From Vicugna vicugna (taxonomy: Eukaryota): a stretch of 20,000 bases of DNA. A program made the position numbers and the translations under genes. Location of the stretch: the NCBI GenBank assembly GCA_013265495.1, contig MU058570.1, forward strand, positions 230,224 through 250,223, given 5' to 3'. The notes beneath the pieces were generated by a model. That model saw nothing but the letters and a program-made list of their open reading frames with translations, did no database searches and was not told where the DNA came from. Below, in pieces: positions 11,335 through 20,000 of this stretch; within the stretch, counting starts at the first letter, position 1, and each line of letters begins with the position of its first letter.

Positions 11335-12340
11335 AATCCTCCATGTTACTTAAACTCTCATATTTTATCTCTCTTCAATTCTCTATTCTGCTTCCTTGTA
11401 ACTTTCTTCAGTCTCTATTCCAGTTCACTAATTTTCTCCTTAGTTTTGTTAATTCTGCTCTTTAACTCATTTATTGACTTTTTAAAATTTATAATTCAAT
11501 GAAATCTAAGATTCATAATGTCAGCATTTGTTAAAGGATGAGACAGATTTGTGAAATAGTCTCAGAGCACACGTTTTGCTTGTGGTGTTTGTGTTTTGTT
11601 TTGTTTTGTTTTTTAATAAGGAGGAGGTAGTTAGGTTTATTCATTAATTTCTGCTTGGAGGAGGTACTGGGGATTGAACCCAGGAACTCTTGTGTGCTGA
11701 GCATAGGCTGTACCACTTGAGCTATACCCTTCCCCCATTTATTTTTAATGACTGCAATTTTTATTTCTAGACAGATTCTAGAAATCTACCTCTTTTTATA
11801 TCATTTTATTCTTTTCTTACAGATTCAGTTCTCTTTTTTGGTATTAATCAGCTTGAGTATACTTTATCAGGTTCTTTTTTTTAATCAGATTCTTGAAAGT
11901 TTAATGTTTTGGGATTGCTGACTCATTCAAGCTGGATTGTTCCCTTGAGTGTTTTATAATTTTAGATTGTGAGCTCATCTTCAGAGGAGCTAAAAGTGTG
12001 GGAATCCTATATACCTTGGGCTGAGGGTGTTTCTGTCCAGAGTGATCTGCATTTGCTTCTTCCAGGCATCCCATTATTTTAAATTTCTTGACTTGAAGAT
12101 TCATTTTCCACATGTTTTTTAAATTTGAACTTCAGACTCACATGATAAACCTTCAAAGTGGAATGTTTTTCTGCTGAGAGGCCAGGCAGAGTCAGAGAGG
12201 GCTCCTTGTCTTCCTGCACTGGGGAGAGGATTTTTCCCCAGCCTATCCTTTCACTTCCGGCTGAGCCCTGAAGAGAGTTCCAGTTCAGCTCACTACTCCT
12301 TCCTTCACATGGGCACATAAGAAACATTCCAATTTGTGTA
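11335..12340 (-). mobile_element. Ancient L1M/HAL1-type 5'/ORF1-region fragment, interrupted by a SINE
   Basis: T/C-rich antisense ORF1-like sequence (TATTCCAGTTCACTAATTTTCTC...TTAATTCTGCTCTTTAACTCATTTATTGA) and motifs TTGTGAGCTCATCTTCAG and TGCATTTGCTTCT typical of old L1M 5' ends. Confidence 0.55.
11576..11736 (-). mobile_element. tRNA-Ala-derived camelid SINE (Vic-1-like)
   Basis: Reverse complement reads GGGGGAAGGGTATAGCTCAAGTGGTACAG...GGGTTCAATCCCCAGTACCTCC (A and B boxes), followed by AATAAACCTAACTACCTCC and an (AAAAC)n tail. Confidence 0.9.
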
Positions 12341-12413
12341 CACAAATTATTTTTTCTCTCAAGACTTACTTTTGCCTACATAGTGACAGCATCTTCACCT
12401 GATTTTCATCTTT

Positions 12414-12756
12414 CATATATTGATTGACTGATTGAAGTATAGTCAGTTTACAATGTTCTGTTAATTTCTAGTGTACAGCACAATGCTTCAGTCATATAGG
12501 AACATACATACATTCATTTTCATATTTTCACTGTAAGTTACTGCAAGGCATTGAATCTAGTTCCCTGTGCTATACCATATAAACTTGTTGTTTATTGAAT
12601 TTTGTGAGACTCCTCCTGTACTTCAAAGTGAGAGACATTCTGCCACAGTTCAGTAGGTGTCTGTGTGATTCAGTGGGTTTGTAGATGTAATTCTTGGTGT
12701 ATTCATGGGAGAGGGTGAGCTATGAGTCTCTCTACTCTGCCATCTTGGTTCAACCT
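12414..12756 (-). mobile_element. Bipartite mini-L1: L1 5' end fused directly to L1 3' end
   Basis: Minus strand starts AGGTTGAACCAAGATGGCAGAGTAG...AGCTCACCCTCTCCCATGAATACACC (L1 5' terminus with YY1-like motif) and switches near 12595 to the L1 terminal 3'UTR (ATAAACAACAAG...TATAGCACAGGGAACT...CTATACTTCAAT). Perfect 15-bp TSD CTGATTTTCATCTTT at 12399-12413 and 12757-12771. Confidence 0.85.
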
Positions 12757-12929
12757 CTGATTTTCATCTTTTTTATGCAATATATTGGGCTTTATTTCTT
12801 AAACAGAAGGGGATATGGAACCAGATTGAGAAATTCCAATATTTTCATTTTAACCTGACTGTCTTAACCATCTTCCCGTCAATTTCTTGGTTTGTAAATG
12901 CTTTTCAATGAAAATGATTAGACTTGGCA

Positions 12930-13422
12930 TATTTTATTTTATGTGTGTAGTAAAATGTACATTACATAAGATCTGCCATTTTTACCCTTTTTAAGTCTAC
13001 AGTTCAGTAGCATTAAGTACACTCACATTGCTGTACAACTGTTACCACCAACATCCATCTCCAGAACTTTTTCATCTTTTGTATCTACTGAATGCAAACT
13101 CTCCATTTCCTCTCCCCAATCCCCTCCCCAACAATCACCCTTCTACTTTCGGTCCCTATGAGTTTGATGACGCTGAGTACCTCATGTACTGGAAGTGGAA
13201 TCTTCTGGTATTTGTCCTTCTGTGTCTCGCTTATTTCACTAAGCACAATTTTCTCAAAGTTTATCCATGTTGTAGCATGTTCCAGAAAGTCCTTCCTTTT
13301 TAATGCTGAATAATATTCCAATGTATGTATATAATATATTTTGTTTATCCATTTATCCATCAATGGATATTTGAGTTGGTTCCATCTTTTGGCTACTGTG
13401 AATAATATTGTTATGAACACTG
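12930..13422 (-). mobile_element. L1MB/L1MA-type LINE-1 3' fragment
   Basis: TACAGTTCAGTAGCATTAAGTACACTCACATTG...ATCCATCTCCAGAACTTTTTCATC. Minus-strand ORF 13085-13420 (MFITILFTVAKRWNQLKYP...HATTWINFEKIVLSEISETQKDKY) matches the L1 ORF2 C-terminal region. Confidence 0.88.
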
Positions 13423-14016
13423 GTGGGCTTGCTTTTAAAATGGGCAGTAGGAAGCATAAAACTGTTGCTATTTTTAAATGCTGACAATTCTAATAGCACT
13501 ATCCTTTAAGTTTAATTGCCTACAACCATTTGAAAGTCATGAGAGGTTGACGGCTTAATCTTGGCGTGATCATGAATGTAGTTCTTAGGAAACAGGGCTG
13601 GCCCAGGCACCAGCAAAGAAATAGACTATTTGGGCTTAATTGGGGGAGGGAAGGAGCCAGGGCCAGCAGTGCTTGGTCTGGGTTGGACACAGGAGTGTGG
13701 AGGTGACACCTTCAGGGGTGCACACAAGGGAACCAGGAGTGTGGAGCAGGGCCTTCAGGGCCAGGGGATGAGTCTGGCAGCAGGGGATGAGCAGTGGTGG
13801 GTCAGGATCAAAGGGTGAGGGTGGGAGAGGGGGTGAGTGCTCTGCAGGGCCTGGACTGAGTAGAACAAGAGTTCTTTCCTAATAAAAAGCAAAAATGAAT
13901 CTCCAGGACCGTGTGAGGCTCCTAATGCTACATCACTGTAATTTACAGACTCCATGGTGGAAAGCCTCTTTTTCTGGTTATGGAAAGTAGGATCCCAAAT
14001 TAAATGTATTCCAAGT

Positions 14017-14176
14017 GGGGGAGGGTACAGCTCAAGTGATAGATCACATGCTTAGCATGCAGGAGGGCCTGGGTTCAGTCCCCAGTACCTCCTCTAAAAA
14101 TAAGTAAATGAATAAACCTAATTGCCTCCCTCTCTGCCCCCCCTCAAAAATAAAATAATAAAAATAAATAAATAAA
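14017..14176 (+). mobile_element. tRNA-Ala-derived camelid SINE (Vic-1-like)
   Basis: GGGGGAGGGTACAGCTCAAGTGATAGA...TGCTTAGCATGC...GGGTTCAGTCCCCAGTACCTCC with an (AAAT)n tail. Partial TSD ATTCCAA at 14008-14014 and 14176-14182. Confidence 0.9.
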
Positions 14177-14776
14177 TTCCAATGTGAAAAGAAGAAATGA
14201 AGAGCTTTCTCTACACTGAATGAGACAGACTTCTCACGTGGAATACTGACCCCAGCTGGGCTTAAACCAGCCTTCCCACAGGTCACAGATGAGGGGACAG
14301 AGGCAAGACCACAGAAGTCCACAAGTGTGGGGAAAACTGACACCTGTTTTTTTTTTTTTTTTAAAAACGAAGGCGACTTCTCAAAGCCTCAAAGTCTACC
14401 AGGTTTTTTCTTTTGTACAGAAAACACTTGAAATTTCTGGAGACTTTTGCTTGCCATTGCGTGTGTGTATTTATTTATTTTTTGAATAGTGTAGCAGAGA
14501 GACAGATTTTAGTCATTACAAGAACAGTTTTCAAACGTTCAGTATCAAAACAAATTGTCCCCAGTTTGAAATGGGATTGAGCACGCAAGCCAGATACAGA
14601 AAAGGTGGGGAGGTAAGTCAATGTGTTTATTGCTGTTTTCACAAAATACCATTACCTCTTTTTTTTCTGTTATATTAGCAACTAAGATTTCATTAAATTT
14701 TTATGATTGTAACCTAAGAATAAATTCATAGCACCTGTTTTAAAGTTACTTTTCACAATCTCTTTTTGTCTTTCAG

Positions 14777-14856
14777 ATTTTTTGTTTAAATTCTTGGTTA
14801 TTGGAATTGCAGGAACTGGCAAGTCTTGCTTGCTTACCAGATTATTGAAAAAAAAT
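14777..14856 (+). pseudogene. RAB4A: RAB4A-like exon 2 (P-loop/G1 exon), 80 bp, frameshifted with mutated donor
   Basis: Intact acceptor TCTTTTTGTCTTTCAG. GxxxxGKS motif is GIAGTGKS. CTT-ACCAG lacks the first C of the His31 codon. The donor reads GGAAGT instead of GTAAGT at 14857-14862. Confidence 0.9.
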
Positions 14857-15224
14857 GGAAGTGACGCCATGTGGTCTGTATTCACACACGTCTCCTTCTG
14901 AGAGCACGCTCCTGCTCAGATTTGTTTACAGCTAGACTTATGAATAGTTTTTTCAGGAAAAAAATCATAGTTCAAAAATATTTTTTAAATGATATTGAAA
15001 GTCTGTTATTAAACTTTTAGTAATCTGATTTTTATTTAGCATTTCAGCCTTATAGTGGTTCATAGTTCATTACACAGTGTACCATCTGTACATTTTCCAG
15101 ATACTAAAATACAGTGGGATGATGTGGCATTTCATTTCCCAACAGGCTTGTTGTACATTTTGAATAAAGTAACATCTGTCCTCAGCAGCCTTGTATTGTC
15201 ATTAAGGCAGTTGTAATCTTCAAT

Positions 15225-15320
15225 TCTATTTTACGAGAAACAGAGGTTCAGAGAAGTGAGTGTGTACCTTTTGATGGTGACCTCATAATTGGTGAGACTC
15301 AAACCCAGACATTTTGACCA
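15225..15320 (-). mobile_element. MIR SINE core fragment
   Basis: ATTTTAC..GAGAAACAGAGGTTCAGAGAAGTGAG...ACTCAAACCCAG resembles the antisense MIR core. Confidence 0.65.
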
Positions 15321-15532
15321 GAGAAAATAACTTGCAATTGACTCTTACTCTTTTGGTAAAGGAGGTTGAATTTTGTATTCCAAACTATTGTAAAAGATGG
15401 TAGGTTTGAAAGGCCCTTAAAATAAGTAGTGCTTTTGTAATAATGGAAAAAATTGTGGAGAATGGCCTGTCTGTTCGGTAGTCAGATGAAGACACGGAAA
15501 CAGAACTGATTTCATTTAATGAAATGCATCTC

Positions 15533-15682
15533 GGGGGGAGGGTGTAGCTCAAATGGTAGAGCACATGCTTAGCATTCACAGGGTCCTGGGATCAATCACC
15601 AGTACCTCTTCCAAAAGTAAATAAAGAAGCAAACCCAACTACCTCTGCCCCACCCCCAAAATTTTTTTTAAATTTTTTAAAA
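15533..15682 (+). mobile_element. tRNA-Ala-derived camelid SINE (Vic-1-like)
   Basis: GGGGGGAGGGTGTAGCTCAAATGGTAGAGCACATGCTTAGCAT...CCAGTACCTC. 14-bp TSD AATGAA(A/G)TGCATCT at 15518-15531 and 15683-15696. Confidence 0.92.
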
Positions 15683-17091
15683 AATGAAGTGCATCTTAAA
15701 GATGTATGAGATACGTCAGGTGGTAGATAAAATGGGAAAAGAGGCAGCACGGGATGTCTTGGAAAGGAGCTTGAAGAATAAAATTCTAGAAATGCATTTT
15801 GTTCATTCCGTTTTCATCAACCAAGAGCTTGTTGGAACCTCTATATAGTGACACGGACCCAGCATGGCTCAGTCACGGAGCCAGTCCTTACTGAATTGAA
15901 CACGTCTTCACTCACCGGGTGGTCCAGGCTTCTTTGCCAGTTACCAAGGCTGTTCCTTGCTCCGTCTCAGAAGCGAGCATCCGGACGACAGTGGACCAGG
16001 CACCCAGCCTACTACTCTCCCTCTCCTCTGTGGGGAACTCCCCCTTGGTCGCCCTCCCTGTCCCTCCTCACCATCACAGTAATGATGTCACAAGGTTTCA
16101 CTTTATTTCTCATGTAGCCATGACCTAGTCAGGATGCCCTTGGCCTTTGGTTATGGCCCTTTGAAGGCTTTTACTCCAAGGTGTGCGCAGTGGCTCAGTC
16201 TAGCAGGATGTCCAGTTCTGCACTGTCCAGGCGTGAGACAGGCTGCTGGGGTCCCTGTTACCCTCCCCTACCCTCATGCCCCCAGGCAGCAATAAACGTA
16301 GCTGTCAGGTGGCATCCCTGACTTCTGGTACAATTAAATTTTATCCTGCGGTTATAAAATATAAGCCAGCATAGTGGACCATATGCCCACGATATTCATC
16401 ACAGAAATCTTCTTCTATAGACGGCTTATTCCAGTTGAGTTTAGCAGGCTACTTACTTCACCCGCCTCCCCGCCCATTCAAACAGTATTGATTTCTCCAG
16501 AGGATTCATTCCAGATTACCGCCACACAGTGCTAAAATTCAGGAAATCCCAGCAGCTGTAGTGTGCATAGAGTTTTTGTTTTTTGGGTTTGTTCTGTTTT
16601 TCACACTATCTTTTCCTCATTTCCCCTTAATCTTTGATGTCCATTAAGTTTCTTTCTTGGGCTTCAGTGCCTTTCCTTCCCTTTACTTTTATTTCTTTAG
16701 GAGATTTGGCTGAATACTTAAAACCATTACTGGCCAAGTTGCAGGTCTGCCCCTGGGCAGTGAGGCCTCCACGTGGTACCCAGGCTTCCGTGCAGTGCAA
16801 CCGCCATTCATAAGAACCTTAAAAAGTGAACAGGGAGACACCATCTCCTGTGGTGTGGCCTCCTCCAAGCCCCAGCTTTAAAATATATGGTTTGTTTAGG
16901 ATTTTTGAGGAAAGCTTTTATTGTCTCTTTAAGAACAGGGATTGTATGTGCTCTCTTTAAAAGAACAAGTACTTGTTATCATCTGACTGTTGGAGAAATG
17001 AATGGCTGAAGTAAATTGCATTTTCCATTGACTTAACTCTTGATTTTAATGTTACTCGTTTAAATCTGAGCCTATTTCCTTAATGTCCTAA

Positions 17092-17232
<141 letters not shown>

Positions 17233-17929
17233 TAGCTTTTTCTCTAAGTTAAGAAAAATATTTGAAAATCGGGTTTGAAATAATCAGTTATATTCTCTTA
17301 ATATATATAGTCCTTCCCAACCCCCTCCCCTAGAGTTTAGCAGTTTTGCCTCCGGAAGCTTTAAGGCAAGCAGAAGTCAGTTTTTCTCCATGCAGCACTA
17401 AAAGCAAAATCACAAACAATTCTTCTCTGCATTTTACTTTAAAAGGAGAATTTTTTAAAACCTCTTTGGAAATTGGTTTTGTTTTACGTTAAAACATTCC
17501 ACAAAATATTCTCTCTTCTCTCCTCAACACTTTCGTTGCACTACAGTCACCATCGATGTTTGGAATGATGGCCCCAGATCACTGCAGATAAGGTTACATG
17601 TATAATATTCTGTAAGTACTAAAGCAAGAAAGTAGATTAATATTTTAGTTGTGCTTTTTGAACACATACCCAAAGTCAAGCAGAACAGATAGTCACAATT
17701 TCAAAATTCAGTTAAATAAAACTTAATCCCAGTGCAGGCATTTCATTTAAAGTCAGGTATATATTCTCTGCAGAAAGATGAATAGCCCCAAAGGAAAGGC
17801 TTAAGGATGCTAATATTTTGGTTTCCCCAGTGAAATAGCCCAATCTCTGTCTAGCCATCTCACAGTAAAGCCTCCAGCCCACACATAAAGGGGTGTTTTT
17901 TTCTTAAGACTTTTGCATTCCTTGTTCTT

Positions 17930-18660
17930 GAATATAATTGATCAACCAAGGATCACCAGACACTTGAAGGAAGTTTCTAAAATAAAAGAAAGAGCCCAAA
18001 ATAAAGAAAATAGAAACTTCCAGGGAATAGGAGAAAACAAAAACTACAAACGGGCAATCAAATAATATATTAAATAGAGTAATGATCTTCCAGAAAGTTA
18101 AACAACAAACTTGAGATGGGAAGGGGAAGAAACAACAAAGAATCATCCAGAATTAATTCAGGAGGTCCAGTGCCTGACTAATTAGGCATTCCCGAAGAAG
18201 GAAGAACAGAGGAAATACTAAAAGAAACAAAGAAAATTTTCCACTGAAGGAATGAGATTCCACATTTATTGGCCCACCTTACACCAAATGCAGATGAATG
18301 GGAGAAAGTCCAGACAGGGGTGTGCCATGCAAAATTTCAGAGCATCATGGATGAAGCGAAGATACAGAAAGACTCCAAGAGGCCAAAACAGTCACACATA
18401 AAGGATTAGGCATGGACTGTTCAACAGCAACATTTGGAAGCTAGAAGATAATTGAAGCAATGCCTTCAAAACTCAACGTGAAAAAAATTTTTTCCAGCCT
18501 AAAATTGGAAACTTAGCCAAACTATCCATTAAGTGTGAGAAGATAAATCAGAATATCTTCAGTTTTGCGAGAATGGGGGAAAACAACGGTTCTCTCCCAT
18601 GGATTCTTTCTTAGAAACTTCAGGAAGACACACCTCACCAACACAGGGGAGTAAGCCAGA
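17930..18660 (+). mobile_element. HAL1 / ancient L1 ORF1-like fragment
   Basis: A-rich. CAACCAAGGATCACCAGACAC and CAACAGCAACATTTGGAAGCTAGAAGATAATTGAAGCAATGCCTTCAAAA...GCCAAACTATCCATTAAGTGTGAG are typical of HAL1 ORF1. Confidence 0.75.
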
Positions 18661-19091
18661 GAGGGAGAATGCAGCTGCCGGGACCGGCCCTGCCAGACGG
18701 GGAGACGGCAGGGGCAGGCGCCACAGGCTGGTGCCTCTCTGATGCTCTTTCTCTGGGAGCTGAAGCTAAAATAGAAAAGAATTGCCTCCTACTATATGTG
18801 GAAAAGACCTGCCCCCAGGGGCTCCCTAGGGGAGAGCTGACAGCCGGCCCCCCTCACCCCGCAGCTCTGCGGGCTCTTAAAGCCGTGCCCTCTGCGGTAG
18901 CATCTGTAAGGAGAAGGGGGACGCTTCGAGCCTGGGAAATTTAAGGACTAAAAAGTAAATTTAAAAATAGCTGCCCTTTTCAAAGTATCAAAATATAATG
19001 AGCAAATTCTGTTTGTTTTTTGTAAGTTCCACGGTTTTCTTTTCTCCCCAGAGGTAGGCACTGTTTGTTTCTTTGGTGCCTATTTTTGTTT

Positions 19092-19150
19092 CTTTCTTTC
19101 TTTTGTTTTGTTTTGTTTTGTTTTAACTTTTTGTTGAAGTATAGTTGATG
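19092..19150 (-). mobile_element. Extreme 3' tip of an L1 with an (AAAAC)n tail
   Basis: (TTTTG)n followed by TTGTTGAAGTATAGTTGAT, the same terminal motif as the other L1 3' ends in the window. Confidence 0.6.
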
Positions 19151-19159
19151 GTGGTGCCT

Positions 19160-19492
19160 CTTTTCTGACCCCAGGTGAGTGGCATTTTTCCACACCACTC
19201 TGTGACCAACAATTCACTTCGATTCTGACAGTACCCAGAGTTAGCACCAGACCCCACAGGTTCAGGGCTCAGTCCCCCAACTGTCCACCCTGCACACACC
19301 GGTCACTCTCGTGTCTGTCCAGCAGTCAGTGAATTCAGGGCTTCCACGGCCCTGCCCCCAGTCTCCCGAATTCACTGGAACAACTCACAGAGCTCAGGAA
19401 AGCACCATATTCAGTGTTACCAGTCTATTATAAAGGGGGCAAGTCAGAAATGGCCAAATGGAAGAGATGCAGAGGGCACGGGTGTGGGTCTC
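19160..19492 (-). mobile_element. MER21-like LTR fragment
   Basis: AATTCACTTCGATTCTGACA...GAGTTAGCACCAGACCCCACAGGTTCAGGGCTCAGTCCC...ACTCACAGAGCTCAGGAAAGCAC...CCAAATGGAAGAGATGCA matches the antisense MER21 consensus as recalled. Confidence 0.8.
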
Positions 19493-19502
19493 ACTTGCCC
19501 CA

Positions 19503-19603
19503 TTCCCAGTGCTCAGAAGTCACCTGCAGCTGGTGGCCGCTGTATTGGACAGTGCAGATCATAGAATGTCCCCGTCCTCTAAGGAATCCCATCAGTTGGT
19601 GCT
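19503..19603 (-). mobile_element. MER3-like hAT-Charlie DNA transposon fragment
   Basis: CAGTGCTCAG...GCTGGTGGCCGCTGTATTGGACAGTGCAGATCATAGAATGT resembles MER3. Confidence 0.7.
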
Positions 19604-19883
19604 GATCTCAGTGTTCGCCAGCACCACCTCTGAAATATGTCATCTGAACTGTCATCTGGGGGCTCCTTCTGGGAAGACGCTTGTCCAGTGAGAGGGTGTC
19701 TGTCGCACATCTGGCCTGTGTTCAGAATGAGGGGCTCTGGCGAGAAGGCGGGCAGCCCTGCCGTTCTTGCCCAGGGCTGAAGGGCTCTGCCTGCCCAGGT
19801 GTGAGGCCGCACCATCAGAGTGCACCAGCAGAGGAAACTGGCCCTAGGTATACGAGGACCGAAAACGGTCCTGAAGGCGGATG

Positions 19884-19990
19884 GACCTGGTCAAATCCTG
19901 GCTCTGCCACTGGCCCAATGTGTGACTTTGGGCAAATCAGTCAGTCTCTCTGGGCCTCGGGAGTCTCATGGAAAAGGGAGATAGTCAGAA
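19884..19990 (+). mobile_element. MIR SINE fragment
   Basis: GACCTGGTCAAATCCTGGCTCTGCCACT...TGTGTGACTTTGGGCAAATCA...TCTCTCTGGGCCTC is the MIR core. Confidence 0.85.
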
Positions 19991-20000
19991 TCTATGTCAT

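Noticed and set aside
13580..13870. G-rich segment, possible MaLR/LTR relic or G-quadruplex
   Set aside because: No recognisable termini or family signature, and the G-runs are too dispersed to support a call.
14017..14095. tRNA-Ala(AGC)-like sequences (also near 15533-15610 and 11658-11736)
   Set aside because: They are SINE heads: extra 5' G-run, stem mismatches, a shared non-tRNA body, A-rich tails and TSDs.
14571..14612. Alternative coding first exon for the RAB4A-like gene (ATG at 14571)
   Set aside because: It is 42 nt to the donor (phase 0), out of frame with exon 2, and hits TGA near 14846.
18660..18935. GC-richer patch with several CpGs and a 91-aa ORF
   Set aside because: Too short and CpG-poor for an island, and no match to RAB4A exon 4 (SVTRSYYRGAAG) or another recognisable protein.

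Overview
Mammalian, repeat-dominated genomic DNA. It is most likely camelid (camel/alpaca), judged from three copies of a tRNA-Ala-derived SINE resembling Vic-1. The only host-gene sequence is two + strand exons matching RAB4A exons 2 and 3 (14777-14856 and 17117-17231), separated by a 2.26-kb intron. This copy is damaged: a 1-bp deletion, a GT>GG splice-donor mutation, and substitutions at conserved residues (N21I, W67R, R74G). It therefore looks like an intron-containing, duplicated RAB4A paralogue or pseudogene, although a cryptic donor 4 nt downstream would exactly restore the frame. The rest is transposon-derived: a 905-bp MER41-like ERV1 solo LTR with a 4-bp TSD, and a long antisense L1MC-type element with younger L1s, an LTR-like piece and a Tigger1 derivative nested in it. 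There is also a TSD-flanked 343-bp mini-L1 made only of an L1 5' end fused to an L1 3' end, plus L1MB, HAL1, L2, MIR, MER21 and MER3 relics. None of the supplied ORFs looks like a real gene. Repeat family names come from recalled consensus sequences, not from a database search.
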